A DNA stretch of 64,000 nucleotides from an uncultured Methanoregulaceae archaeon. GTDB lineage: Archaea > Halobacteriota > Methanomicrobia > Methanomicrobiales > Methanospirillaceae. Positions 41,654 to 51,742 of this stretch are shown here, piece after piece. The position numbers were made by a program, and so were the translations under genes. Within the stretch, counting starts at the first letter, position 1. Every line of letters starts with the position of its first letter. A model generated the notes under the pieces. That model was not told where the DNA came from and ran no database searches. It worked only from the letters and a program-made list of their open reading frames with translations. Location: positions 64,001 through 128,000 of the forward strand of contig CAWJAX010000004.1 of assembly GCA_963841015.1 (NCBI GenBank), written 5' to 3'.

Positions 41654-42532
41654 TTATAACGAGGGGAATACCCGGATAATATCAGACTGCGTGAGTATTC
41701 CCACAGGAATGCCATTTTCGACAACAATCAGTCGCCCGATCTCCAGTTCCTTGAACCTGCGGATCACTTCGAAGAGTTTGATATCTGAGGGAGCTTCAAC
41801 AACATCGGTAGTCATGATTGCAGAAACTTTTGTGGTTAAGGACAGATTATTTTCCACCGCCCGTGCAATATCACTCATGGTGATGATCCCGGCGAGTTTT
41901 CCGTTGTCGATGATGGGGGCACCATGGATATGATCCTTATTGAAAAGGACCAGAGCATCATGGAGTGTATCTGACCCTCTCAATGTCTTGAGCGGACTGC
42001 TCATGTAGGTTTTTATCGGTTGTTTGGGAAGCGAGATCATCTCGGTGGTTGCAAGAAGGAGCATCTGTTTCGATTCATCTTTCCCGAACACTTCTCCGCG
42101 GACCAGAAGTTTATTGACAGGAGTGGGACCGATTGTGATCTGATCTCCGATTTCAAAGAGCTTGGCACTGCCAAAAAGTTTGATCTCTGCATGACAGATA
42201 TCCGGGTGGCAGAGTGTCGTAAAACCAATTTCCTGGACCGTTGCTCCTGAAATAATTTCCCCGTCCCTGCTGATACAGACATCATAGTCACCTTCGGTGA
42301 CATTCAGGCTGAGTTCCTTGTAGGCAAGCGCGGTGGGGATGTAGCCCCCCTTAGGGCCGGGTACGCCATCAACAAGACCTATTGTTTTGAGCGCCTGCAT
42401 CTGGTTTCGCACGGTCCCCGGATTCCGCTGGATCACGTCAGCAATCTCTTCGCCTTTGATAGAGTGGGAGTGCTCCTGGTAAAGCGTGATAAGCGTGATG
42501 AGGATATCTTTCTGGATCAGGGACAGGTCCAT
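41654..42532 (-). CDS. HTH (HrcA-like) + CBS-pair transcriptional regulator
   Basis: IKGEEIA...NPGTVRNQMQ...GPKGGY N-terminus; two CBS domains. Confidence 0.88.
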   Translation of the reverse strand: MDLSLIQKDILITLITLYQEHSHSIKGEEIADVIQRNPGTVRNQMQALKTIGLVDGVPGPKGGYIPTALAYKELSLNVTEGDYDVCISRDGEIISGATVQEIGFTTLCHPDICHAEIKLFGSAKLFEIGDQITIGPTPVNKLLVRGEVFGKDESKQMLLLATTEMISLPKQPIKTYMSSPLKTLRGSDTLHDALVLFNKDHIHGAPIIDNGKLAGIITMSDIARAVENNLSLTTKVSAIMTTDVVEAPSDIKLFEVIRRFKELEIGRLIVVENGIPVGILTQSDIIRVFPSL

Positions 42533-42579
42533 AACGATAAACCGTATAACTTCCCATACTATAAATAGGTTGGAGATTT

Positions 42580-43665
42580 GTGGAATTCGAAAAAATACCT
42601 ACCGTACCAACAGCAGATGAGATCCTTGACCGGAGCTTCCGCCGTGCGGCAAAGAAAATGAAAGAAAAAACCAATAAAGATCGCGCCAATGAAGAGTTTG
42701 TGCGGGCGGTTGGCGCAGCAGTTCATGACCGGCTGGTCTCTATCATCCGCGGGTTCCCTGAATTTGACCAGATCCCCCGTTTTTACCGGGAGATGGCCGA
42801 TATCCTCTTTGGCATGGACAGGATAAAACAATCGCTGGGAGCTGTTGGCTGGGCGGCAAAACACACAAAAATGGTGGGGAATCAGCTTGCCGTACAGTCA
42901 CGGAGATCCGACGATACGACATTGGTGCGTAAAAGAACGGTTGCCCGGCTTGCCTCCATGGTGCACCAGATAGATAAGGACCTGCGATTCTTAAACGAAG
43001 TGCGGAATGTCCTGCGGAAGCTCCCCCATGTTGAGGATGCTTGCACGATAGTCATTGCCGGATACCCCAATGTAGGTAAATCTTCATTCATCCGGCATGT
43101 CTCCTCAGCAGTTCCCCAGGTTGCATCCTATCCGTTCACGACAAAAGGCATCATTGTCGGACACCGGATTATAGGACGGGAACGGATCCAGTTTGTAGAT
43201 ACACCCGGTATTCTTGATCGACCGGCAGATGAACGAAATGCCATCGAAAAACAGGCTCTTTCTGCAATGATGAATGTCGCTGATATCATCCTCTTCATTC
43301 TTGACCCGTCAGAGCACTGCGGGTACCCGATGGAGGTTCAGCTCAACCTGCTCGAAGAGGTGAAGGGCCTTATAGACGTGCCTCTTGTCATCGTTTCAAA
43401 TAAGTCGGATATTACGGCAGCCGAAGGGTATCTCACCATGTCTACACAGACGGGAGATGGAGTCGAGGCAGTACTTGCGGAGATCCTTATGCATAAACCG
43501 GAACCGCTGGCAACGGTGAGTGATACGGTTCCCGACATTCGGTCGCCCCTCCCCCATGAACCTGAGGAGAGGGTCATGGACGAATTTCCTTACCCGGAAG
43601 AGGAAGGCAGACATGAGCCAAAACCGAAACCCAGGAGGCCCAGGAAGCCCCGGACCGTAGCGTAA
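42580..43665 (+). CDS. NOG1-family GTP-binding protein
   Basis: GYPNVGKS, YPFTT, DTPGILDR and NKSD motifs. Confidence 0.92.
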   Translation: MEFEKIPTVPTADEILDRSFRRAAKKMKEKTNKDRANEEFVRAVGAAVHDRLVSIIRGFPEFDQIPRFYREMADILFGMDRIKQSLGAVGWAAKHTKMVGNQLAVQSRRSDDTTLVRKRTVARLASMVHQIDKDLRFLNEVRNVLRKLPHVEDACTIVIAGYPNVGKSSFIRHVSSAVPQVASYPFTTKGIIVGHRIIGRERIQFVDTPGILDRPADERNAIEKQALSAMMNVADIILFILDPSEHCGYPMEVQLNLLEEVKGLIDVPLVIVSNKSDITAAEGYLTMSTQTGDGVEAVLAEILMHKPEPLATVSDTVPDIRSPLPHEPEERVMDEFPYPEEEGRHEPKPKPRRPRKPRTVA

Positions 43666-43744
43666 CAGGATAGTAAACAATTTTAATAACTTTTTCGTTT
43701 TCTGTTTTGGTCTGCAATAAAGTATTGAGGAAATATGATCGATA

Positions 43745-44641
43745 CTATCCCATCGACATCATTATTGCCCACCCGGCGAGGAATCCGAGGATCGTCCCAC
43801 CATTTAACGGCGGTAGTCCTGCCTGGGGTTTTCCCGAAGACACAAAGTGTAAAAGGACAGCAAGTCCGGCAAGGGAACCGATCATGGCACCAAGTGCCGG
43901 AAGGTTGATAATTCCAAAAAGCCGCCATCCCTGTAAAAAGACATTCGCAGAGACAACAAGTATGGAGGGCATGATCAGGTCGCCCATCCCGATAATGAAT
44001 GCTGCACGTTCGCCGCCATCATCCAGCTTTCCAACCCCGTCACGTATGAACGAGTAGTCACGCCGCTTTGGTATGACAAAGAGGATCGGGGTTTTGAGAT
44101 CGATTACCCCTTCGGCGAGCGTGATCATATGTTTTGTTTTATACACGGAGATTGCATCGTAGACCGCAAGAAGTACAAGCAGGATTACCACAAGATACCA
44201 TACGAGAGAAGAGCCAAAAATCGCTGCAACTCCCGCAGCAATCAGAATTCCAAGACCGTCAATCACGTACCATTCAGGGTATTTATAGAGAAGGACCGTC
44301 GCAAGTATTGAGAGGGTGAACAGGATGATGAGCCCCCAATCTGAATCACCTGCTATAGCGTATACGAGTGCCCAGAAGATATACACAAAGGTGAGGAAGA
44401 TTGACAGCCCGATAATTACTGCAATGACCTTTTTTAAATTAAATTTTATCAGCAGCAGTAAAAAGGCGGTGAACACCAGCAGGATCACAATAAAGATGAA
44501 CGGATTAGCCAGTGACTCGGGATCTTCAAATGCGGTGATTCCTGCAGCCTGCACAGGAAGCGAGATCAGGATTGCCCCGATTTCCACGGCAAGGAGCAGG
44601 AGTGGCATCACAAGGAAGGGAATTATGCGTTTTATATCCAA
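43745..44641 (-). CDS. Presenilin-like intramembrane aspartyl protease (PSH)
   Basis: YD, GMGD and QAGLPPLN motifs; TTG start after GGAG inferred. Confidence 0.92.
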   Translation of the reverse strand: MDIKRIIPFLVMPLLLLAVEIGAILISLPVQAAGITAFEDPESLANPFIFIVILLVFTAFLLLLIKFNLKKVIAVIIGLSIFLTFVYIFWALVYAIAGDSDWGLIILFTLSILATVLLYKYPEWYVIDGLGILIAAGVAAIFGSSLVWYLVVILLVLLAVYDAISVYKTKHMITLAEGVIDLKTPILFVIPKRRDYSFIRDGVGKLDDGGERAAFIIGMGDLIMPSILVVSANVFLQGWRLFGIINLPALGAMIGSLAGLAVLLHFVSSGKPQAGLPPLNGGTILGFLAGWAIMMSMG

Positions 44642-44693
44642 GATGCATCTCCATGTAGTTAGATTAATTACTGTGCTCTCATCATCTAAAAGT

Positions 44694-45008
44694 ATGGACA
44701 TACGTGAATACTGGGTCGATATCCTGCTCACTATCGTTATGATCGTCTCCACACTCGTCCTCATCAACAGGTTCTGGCAGGATCTTACTATTGCAATTGC
44801 CGCAGGTCTCATGATGCTGGCACTTGGAGGACTCTTCCTCTCACTCCAGATCAAGATGCGCCACCTGGAGCGGAGTATTGTGCTGCGTGAACGAATTTTA
44901 CGCAACAATCTCGAGGAGATCTCCCGGCGGATGGCGGAAAAATTCGATATGTCAATGACCCACCTGGATGAACTGGTCGGGGAATATTCAAAACGTACCT
45001 ACCGTTAA
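44694..45008 (+). CDS. Small membrane protein with C-terminal coiled coil
   Basis: Two TM helices followed by a charged helix; immediately upstream of fen. Confidence 0.7.
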   Translation: MDIREYWVDILLTIVMIVSTLVLINRFWQDLTIAIAAGLMMLALGGLFLSLQIKMRHLERSIVLRERILRNNLEEISRRMAEKFDMSMTHLDELVGEYSKRTYR

Positions 45009-45033
45009 ATTTTTTATACGTTCGTGAGTCGTT

Positions 45034-46035
45034 ATGGGCGTCGCAATACGGGACATTGTAGCTGATTACAAGACTCCGGTGACCTGGGATTCACTGCCAG
45101 GTATCGCAGCAATCGATGCAAACAATGCACTCTACCAGTTCCTGACCATCATCCGGCAGCCCGACGGGACACCCCTCATGGACCGGCAGGGGCGTGTCAC
45201 CTCACACCTCTCCGGCATCCTGTTCAGGGTGTCGAATTTTATGGAGAAAGGAATAAAGCCGGTCTTTGTCTTTGACGGGAAACCCGCCGCTCTCAAGCAG
45301 ACGACAATTGACGGGCGCCGTAAGATCCGGGACGAGGCCGGTGAGAAATGGAAAGAGGCGATTGAGCGGGGCGATGAGGCTGAGGCCTACAAACAGGCGC
45401 GTTCGTCATCAAGGGTCGATACCACCATTATAGAGACATCAAAGGAACTCCTCCGTTTTATGGGTCTCCCGACCATCCAGGCACCGGGCGAAGGTGAAGC
45501 CCAGGCAGCCTACATGGTAACAAAAGGGGAGGCACGGTACGTAGTGTCGCAGGACTATGACACGCTCCTCTTTGGTGCTCCCAACCTTGTCCGGAACTTA
45601 ACGGTCAGTGGCAAGCGGAAGATCCGGGGACGGCAGATCACGGTAAACCCGGAACGACTCATTCTTACGGATGTGCTCGACGGGCTGAAACTGACACGCG
45701 AACAGCTGATAGAGATCGGTATCCTCGTCGGTACGGATTTTAATCCTGGTGTCGAGGGAATCGGGGCAAAGACCGGGCTTAAGATTGTGCAACGCGGGGA
45801 GTTTATGACAAAAGTCCAGGAGAAGCTGCCGGATTTTGATCCGGCACCGGTTATGGATCTTTTCCTGCACCCGGATGTGACGGACGACTATACACTCGTA
45901 TGGGGCCATCCTGACATCACCGGCATCAAGAAAATGCTCTGCGGGGAGTACGATTTTTCCGAAGAGAGGGTGGAGAAAGCCATGGAGAATTTCTGCGTCA
46001 AGGCCGGGCAGAAGACACTCGAGAGCTGGTTTTAG
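45034..46035 (+). CDS. fen: Flap endonuclease 1
   Basis: [29 protein letters not shown] motifs; C-terminal PIP box QKTLESWF. Confidence 0.97.
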   Translation: MGVAIRDIVADYKTPVTWDSLPGIAAIDANNALYQFLTIIRQPDGTPLMDRQGRVTSHLSGILFRVSNFMEKGIKPVFVFDGKPAALKQTTIDGRRKIRDEAGEKWKEAIERGDEAEAYKQARSSSRVDTTIIETSKELLRFMGLPTIQAPGEGEAQAAYMVTKGEARYVVSQDYDTLLFGAPNLVRNLTVSGKRKIRGRQITVNPERLILTDVLDGLKLTREQLIEIGILVGTDFNPGVEGIGAKTGLKIVQRGEFMTKVQEKLPDFDPAPVMDLFLHPDVTDDYTLVWGHPDITGIKKMLCGEYDFSEERVEKAMENFCVKAGQKTLESWF

Positions 46036-46545
46036 GATTTTCTCCGGATTTCCTGAATAAATGGGGGGGTGTTCCCCACACGGGTATCACCTGTGATGAA
46101 ATCGAGTGAAATAAGCCCTGTAAGAGCTCCGATTTTCTCCTGGATTCGTACCTGCCCTGGGAAAAAACCTGTAAAACCCCCTGTTTCGGTTCGTGTAGAG
46201 AATACGCCAAATTTTAGCCAGGTTAGCCAAAATACGGCAGGTTTGCACCTCACCTGTCGGCGTGTTCAGCACTTTAAATCGAGCAGTTTTTTGCCACATA
46301 GTTTTTCCCATCAGGTACCTGCAAACCCTGCCAGAATACCAATATGAGGCTCTTTTTTCCGATGGATGTTCCAAAAAAGGGGTTTTTGGAAAAAATGGAC
46401 AGAGGGACGGACAGGCCCGTTCTCTGTAGCAGGTGAGATAATAAAAAACAGAATCACCAGAAAAAGAGAGATCCCTACGCTGACTCCATATTGCAATTCC
46501 TGAAATCAGAACAATTGCACCAAGGGGTGAGCACAAAAGAGGGAT

Positions 46546-47115
46546 TTATGTTTGTTTTTTAAGAGCCATTTTCCGGTTCAGTTTCACCTCAGCATAATCC
46601 GGGTTGATGGCAAGAGCTTTGTCATACGAACCGACCGCCTCTGCATATCTACCGAGTTCATGGAGCGCCACTCCGCGGAAGTTCCATGCATAGGCATCAT
46701 CCGGGTTGATAGCGATTGCCTTATCAAACGATGCGAGTGCTTCAGTATGCCGTCCGAGAATACCCAGCTCGGCTCCGCGGATAAACCACGCGCTGGCGTC
46801 ATCCGGGTTGATCGAAAGCCCTTTGTCATACGAGTTAACTGCTTCTGCGTCCCGTCCGAGCTCAACGAGTACCCATCCGCGGTTGTTCCACGCATCCGCG
46901 TAATCCGGCCTGAGGGCAAGTGCCTTGTCATACGAAGCGAGCGCTTCGGCAGGTTGTCTGAGTTCAGCGAGGGCGACTCCACGACCGTTCCACGCTTCAG
47001 CATAATCCGGCCTGTGGGCAAGTGCCTTGTTGCAGGAGGCGAGCGCTTCAGAAAAATGACCTTTTTTGAAAAAATCAGACCCTTCCTTGTACAGTTGCTG
47101 TGCTTGATCTTCCAT
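46546..47115 (-). CDS. Tetratricopeptide repeat protein
   Basis: Five 34-aa TPR units (AW..RG..L..LGR..EA...YDKA), visible as ~102-bp DNA repeats. Confidence 0.9.
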   Translation of the reverse strand: MEDQAQQLYKEGSDFFKKGHFSEALASCNKALAHRPDYAEAWNGRGVALAELRQPAEALASYDKALALRPDYADAWNNRGWVLVELGRDAEAVNSYDKGLSINPDDASAWFIRGAELGILGRHTEALASFDKAIAINPDDAYAWNFRGVALHELGRYAEAVGSYDKALAINPDYAEVKLNRKMALKKQT

Positions 47116-47278
47116 GAGTTATGATATACGGTGCGGATAATCACAGTTGTGTTCGAACCTCACCAATCAAAGTGTATAAACCCCGGCACGGAATATTTTT
47201 AGTAATAACCTGTCACCCGGTTCCTGCAAAGAATCCGGCGTCCTGACCATTCCCCACAATACAACACCGGTGACTCCC

Positions 47279-48490
47279 ATGCAGTTGAAATCCTGCAAAA
47301 AGACCTACAATCTCGAAACCCAGCGTGCATCCCCCCTTGATGAGACGCTGAGGCGCATTGAGCCGAAAGTACCTGCCGCAGGGATAACACGCGTCGCAGA
47401 TATCACCAACCTTGACCGGATCGGTATTCCGGTCTTTTCCTGTATCCGCCCGACTGCAGAAGCAGGATCGATTACCGTATATAACGGTAAAGGGGCGACG
47501 GTTGAGGAGTCCCGTATCTCGGCGATCATGGAAGGAATCGAACGATATTCCTCAGAACTGCACGACCGACAGGTTCACCTCGCACCTTACCAGGAGATGT
47601 TCGCGCATGGACGGGTGCTTGATCCTTCAGATCTGATCCTTCCCGAGAACGCAGAGGTGGATCGCCTCATGCCATGGGTCGAAGGGTTTGATATCGCCAA
47701 TAATGTGCCCATTATCGTTCCGGCCCATGCAGTCTTTCACCCGCTTCCCCAGAAATTCCGCCAGCTCTTCCGCACGAACACGAATGGGTTAGCGTCCGGG
47801 AATACCATGGAAGAGGCCATCTTCCATGCGTTGTCTGAAGTGATTGAACGGGATGCCTGGTCACTGGTCGAGGCTTCACGGGATACCGGGGCAATGGTTG
47901 AAAACATCGATGACCCGACCTGCGTCGAGATGGAAAAAAAATTTGCCGATGCACAGGTCGAAGTCAAAGTGAGAGACATCACCAGTGATATCGGGATCCC
48001 CACAATGGCTGCCGTCGCTGATGACGTGCTGCTGAAGGACCCGATGCTTCTTACGATCGGTATCGGGACCCATACCAGTGCACGGATCGCCGTCATGCGG
48101 GCGCTTACTGAGGTTGCGCAGAGCCGGCTTACCCAGATCCACGGGGCCAGAGAGGACACGACCATCGCCGATCTTCGGAAAAAGATGGGCTATGACCGGG
48201 CAAAGCGGATCAACGCATACTGGTTCAAGGACAACGGCCACGTTGACTATAACCGGATCGCTTCCTGTGACAGCGATGATTTCCTCACCGATATCCGGTT
48301 TGTTATTGATGCGCTGGCAAAGAAGGGGCTCGACCGGGTCATCGTGGTTGACCTGACCCGGGAAGAGATTGGGATTCCCGTCGTGAGAGTGATTGTTCCG
48401 GGGCTTGAAGTCTTTGCGATGGACCCGGAACGCCGCGGAGAACGGGTGAAAAATGCAAAAGATCATCGTCTTTCTCGGGCCAAGTCTTGA
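47279..48490 (+). CDS. ycaO: YcaO-family McrA-glycine thioamidation protein
   Basis: ITRVADITNLDRIGIP, GKG, EGIER, TNGLASGN and EVIERDA motifs; coupled to TfuA. Confidence 0.92.
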   Translation: MQLKSCKKTYNLETQRASPLDETLRRIEPKVPAAGITRVADITNLDRIGIPVFSCIRPTAEAGSITVYNGKGATVEESRISAIMEGIERYSSELHDRQVHLAPYQEMFAHGRVLDPSDLILPENAEVDRLMPWVEGFDIANNVPIIVPAHAVFHPLPQKFRQLFRTNTNGLASGNTMEEAIFHALSEVIERDAWSLVEASRDTGAMVENIDDPTCVEMEKKFADAQVEVKVRDITSDIGIPTMAAVADDVLLKDPMLLTIGIGTHTSARIAVMRALTEVAQSRLTQIHGAREDTTIADLRKKMGYDRAKRINAYWFKDNGHVDYNRIASCDSDDFLTDIRFVIDALAKKGLDRVIVVDLTREEIGIPVVRVIVPGLEVFAMDPERRGERVKNAKDHRLSRAKS

Positions 48491-49104
48491 CCTTGCAGCT
48501 GCAGAGAAGATCCTTCCAGCTGAATACCATCCTCCTGCAAAGCGGGGTGACCTGCTCGCTGCAGTACATGATGGCGCAACCATAATCGGCCTGATAGATG
48601 GTGTCTTCCACCAGGAATCCGCAGTCGCCCACCGTGAGATCCTGACCGCAGTAAAAAAAGGTGTCAGGGTCGTGGGGGCATCGAGTATGGGAGCTCTCCG
48701 GGCAGCGGAAATGGACACCCTTGGTATGGTAGGTATCGGGGAGATCTACCAGATGTATAAGAGCGGGGAACTTGAATCGGACGATGAAGTTGCGCTCGTC
48801 TTCGATCCCTCATCAGGTCTGGCGCTCTCAGAACCGCTCATCAATATCCGCTTTACCCTGAAACGTGCACGAGAAGAGGGCATCATCAATGATGCTGAGC
48901 ATGATGCATTTCTTACCTCTGCTCGTGCCCTGTTCTATCCAAAGCGTACCTACCGGACAATTGTTTCTCAGGCCGGTGATTTGGTTGATAACAGGATACG
49001 CGAACGGTTTCTGGTATGGGTGGAGAACCAGGCAGTGCGACCAGAAGAGGGACGATGCGATCGCAGCACTGGAGTATATCAGGAAAATAGTCGGGGAAAA
49101 ATAA
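48453..49104 (+). CDS. tfuA: TfuA-family McrA-glycine thioamidation partner (apparent +1 insertion at ~49037-49038 before DQKRDDA)
   Basis: FLGPSL, IDGVF, HREI, GASSMGALRAAE and DDEVA motifs. The conserved C-terminal DQK..DA is in the shifted frame ending at 49104. Confidence 0.88.
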
Positions 49105-49567
49105 ACCGATAGAAGCCTCAGCCGTGAGTTGACTTTTTTTGTTCAAACCCTATTAGGTTGTTTGCTCCAAATCTCTTTGATTCTTTGTCCGATTGTTTTA
49201 CTTTTCAACAAACTGTCACGAATGCTTAGGGATATGTTGATGAACAGGTTCATTCCCTGAGATATTTCACTTTTCACCGGACTATTGCTGATATTTTGCC
49301 ATCTCTCATATGTATCCTGCTGGAATAATCTATCTTGAATTTTTTATCGGTTTCAGATATCGATCAAAACAGGGATTCTTTTCCAGAAGCAGGAGTAAAG
49401 GGTGATCACCATGGAGATTCGCTCTCCAGACTAAAACCAATTAGGACCCGTTTAAACGGATATCGACAACGATGGGGTGCAAAGTGTATCTTACTGTGAT
49501 TGAAGAAGTGAAAAATAAGGATCCGGAAGTATTATACCGGATCTCTGGTCACCTTCCCGGGTCCAGG

Positions 49568-50180
49568 TTACTTGGGGGGTAAGATGACTTTATCGATAAC
49601 GTGGATCACGCCATTTTTCGTCTGAATGTCAGTAATTTTTACCGTGGCATCATTGATTTTTACAACGCCATTGGTCACGGTGATATTCACGTTCGATCCC
49701 TGAAGCGTTTTTGCGGAGCTCAGCTTGACTACATCAGCAGCCATTACTTTCCCGTCAACAACATGGTACAGGAGAATCTGCTTTAACTGTCCCTCTGGTG
49801 TCTTTAACAGGGATTCAACAGTTCCGGGCGGTAAATTTTTGAATGCATCATCCGTTGGTGCAAATACCGTGAACGGACCGGGTCCGCTGAGTGCTCCATC
49901 GAGTTTTGCTGCCTGAAGCTGCTGCAACAAGTGTCGTGAAACGTCCATCTGCAACAGCTGTTTCCACTATGGTTTTCATGGGTGGTGCAGCAGTCGGGGT
50001 AGCCGTCACGTTGACAGTCTTGATGATTGCGACTCCCTGTTGGTTTTGGACGTAGGTTTGTACTGCGGTTACCGCGGGCGCTGGCGTAGATGTTACTGCA
50101 GGCTTTTGCTCTGTGCATCCGGCAATCAACATAGTTGAAATGACTACCAGTAAGAGAAATACAAGTGTTGTTTTTTTCAT
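49568..50180 (-). CDS. Fasciclin (FAS1) domain lipoprotein (apparent +1 insertion at ~49919)
   Basis: IAGC lipobox; FTTLVAA|[21 protein letters not shown] and [10 protein letters not shown] motifs. Confidence 0.88.
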
Positions 50181-50224
50181 CGATTCATCACCAGTTTATT
50201 ATTAAAATCCTTGTGGTATGTGGC

Positions 50225-50241
50225 ATATATAATACCTTTCG
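50225..50241 (-). promoter_or_regulatory. Putative BRE-TATA promoter of the fasciclin gene
   Basis: Minus strand reads CGAAAGG-TATTATATAT, about 45 nt upstream of the start codon. Confidence 0.55.
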
Positions 50242-50293
50242 ATTTGAATTCAGTTGGTATATCAGAAAACAATACTGATAGATAGTAAAATAA

Positions 50294-50541
50294 GGCGATT
50301 CATCATGTGGCACCACAAAAATTTTTCATGCGTTTGATATTCCCCATAAATTAGCGCCCGATCAAGAAAATTCGGAATATTTCAAGAGATTAGGTAATAC
50401 AGCGTTATCGCAATGTGGGGGATGCCCCAGAGGCGGGGGCGAAACCCCCAGGAACGTCTTTAAATTGAAAAATAGATGAGATTCTTTGAATTTTTTTCCA
50501 TAATAGTACAGATTCATAGTAGTCTTTATTGAGTAATTACC
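50294..50541 (-). mobile_element. MITE-like repeat family 2, copy 1 (248 bp)
   Basis: Highly similar, inverted, to 63421-63668; imperfect TIR-like ends GGCGATTCATCA / TGAGTAATTACC. Confidence 0.85.
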
Positions 50542-50636
50542 CTATTATTAATCAAATCCTGTTTTTGATGGATACACAATTTACCAATTAATAATTGAAA
50601 AAAATATCGCTTTAATGGTAAGAAACCCCCACAAAA

Positions 50637-51233
50637 TCACTTCACATTCGCCCACACGTGTGCAAACCGCTGGAATGCGGTGATGTGCCCGAAGACGCCA
50701 AACAGCATCATAAGCCAGCCCAGCCAGGTGAGCCCATAGAAGGTTAAGGGAAATATCAGGCCAATGATGCCGACAACCATAATCAGTACAAGACGGTCAG
50801 CCCTGCCGAGCATCCCGCCATAAAACCTTCCGACACCTACTGCCTGAGCCTGCGTGCCAAGGTAGGATGACATCAGGACACCGGTCAGGGCAAAGACGCC
50901 GACAGGCCAGGGAACAAGTCCGCCGGCAAAGAGACCGCAGATGATGAAAATATCAGCATACCGGTCTACTGCATGATCGAGGAAATCCCCTCGCAGGCTC
51001 TGGATCTTCATCTCCCGGGCAACTGCACCATCCATCATATCACAAAATGCGTTCACCGCAACAGCCACAATTCCCCAGAGCTCCAGCCGGAGATAAAACA
51101 GGATTCCTGCAGCTGCTGATGCCAGCAGTGCTGCTATGGTAAGAATATTCGGAGTAATCCTGAGTTTTATGAAAATGGACACCAGAGGGTCGGTGAAGAT
51201 TTTTGCATGGGAACGATAATTGTCTAGGGTCAT
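50637..51233 (-). CDS. CDP-alcohol phosphatidyltransferase (archaetidylinositol-phosphate synthase-like)
   Basis: TPNILT and DMMDGAVAR...GDFLDHAVDR motifs. Confidence 0.9.
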   Translation of the reverse strand: MTLDNYRSHAKIFTDPLVSIFIKLRITPNILTIAALLASAAAGILFYLRLELWGIVAVAVNAFCDMMDGAVAREMKIQSLRGDFLDHAVDRYADIFIICGLFAGGLVPWPVGVFALTGVLMSSYLGTQAQAVGVGRFYGGMLGRADRLVLIMVVGIIGLIFPLTFYGLTWLGWLMMLFGVFGHITAFQRFAHVWANVK

Positions 51234-51742
51234 CCGTGCACCTCAAGGAACCCGGACCAGTCTATTGTGCCGAACCCGGCCGGGATCTCGCTCCTCACAA
51301 ACCCTTCTATCTGGTCAGCACAGGAAACAACGTCCCTTTCAGTCGTATCCAGTTCAAGGATCTGTTCAGGACTGAAATTCTCAACGGTCTCGATCAGGCA
51401 GACATCAAGGGATTCCGCATCGGCATTTTCCTGGATCTTTTTCGCCGGGTAGTTCCTCCGGGAAAGACGTTTTTTCAGCTCATCGGGACGGCACCGGAGT
51501 ACGACGACCCGGTCACAGGTGAGCAGGTGGGCGATGTGTCCTTCGACAAATCCATCCACGGGGACGAATTCCGCAGCCCAGCGGTCCACATCGATGATTT
51601 GGGCGTCCCGATCCTCGTCATCTCCGATACCATATGGCCCGACCGTGTCGGTAAGGTGAACTACCGTATGTCCCCGCCGGGCAAGCTCCTTCCCCACCAG
51701 TGATTTCCCGGTACCCGGAGTACCGGTTATACCACACATCAT
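51230..51742 (-). CDS. Adenylate kinase, archaeal Fap7/AK6 type
   Basis: ITGTPGTGKS, EGH and LRC...RL..RNY...KIQEN motifs. Confidence 0.88.
   Translation of the reverse strand: MMCGITGTPGTGKSLVGKELARRGHTVVHLTDTVGPYGIGDDEDRDAQIIDVDRWAAEFVPVDGFVEGHIAHLLTCDRVVVLRCRPDELKKRLSRRNYPAKKIQENADAESLDVCLIETVENFSPEQILELDTTERDVVSCADQIEGFVRSEIPAGFGTIDWSGFLEVHG

Noticed and set aside
44642-44908. Long N-terminal extensions of the PSH ORF and of ORF 44316-45008
   Set aside because: These are mutual antisense overlaps of two divergent genes; the shorter starts (44641 and 44694) resolve the overlap.
46546-47115. ~102-bp tandem DNA repeats as a CRISPR array or DGR template
   Set aside because: The period equals one 34-aa TPR unit within an intact ORF; there are no unique spacers, cas genes or reverse transcriptase.
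49113-49567. Long AT-rich gap between tfuA and the fasciclin gene
   Set aside because: No ORF, repeat match or convincing structure found by eye.
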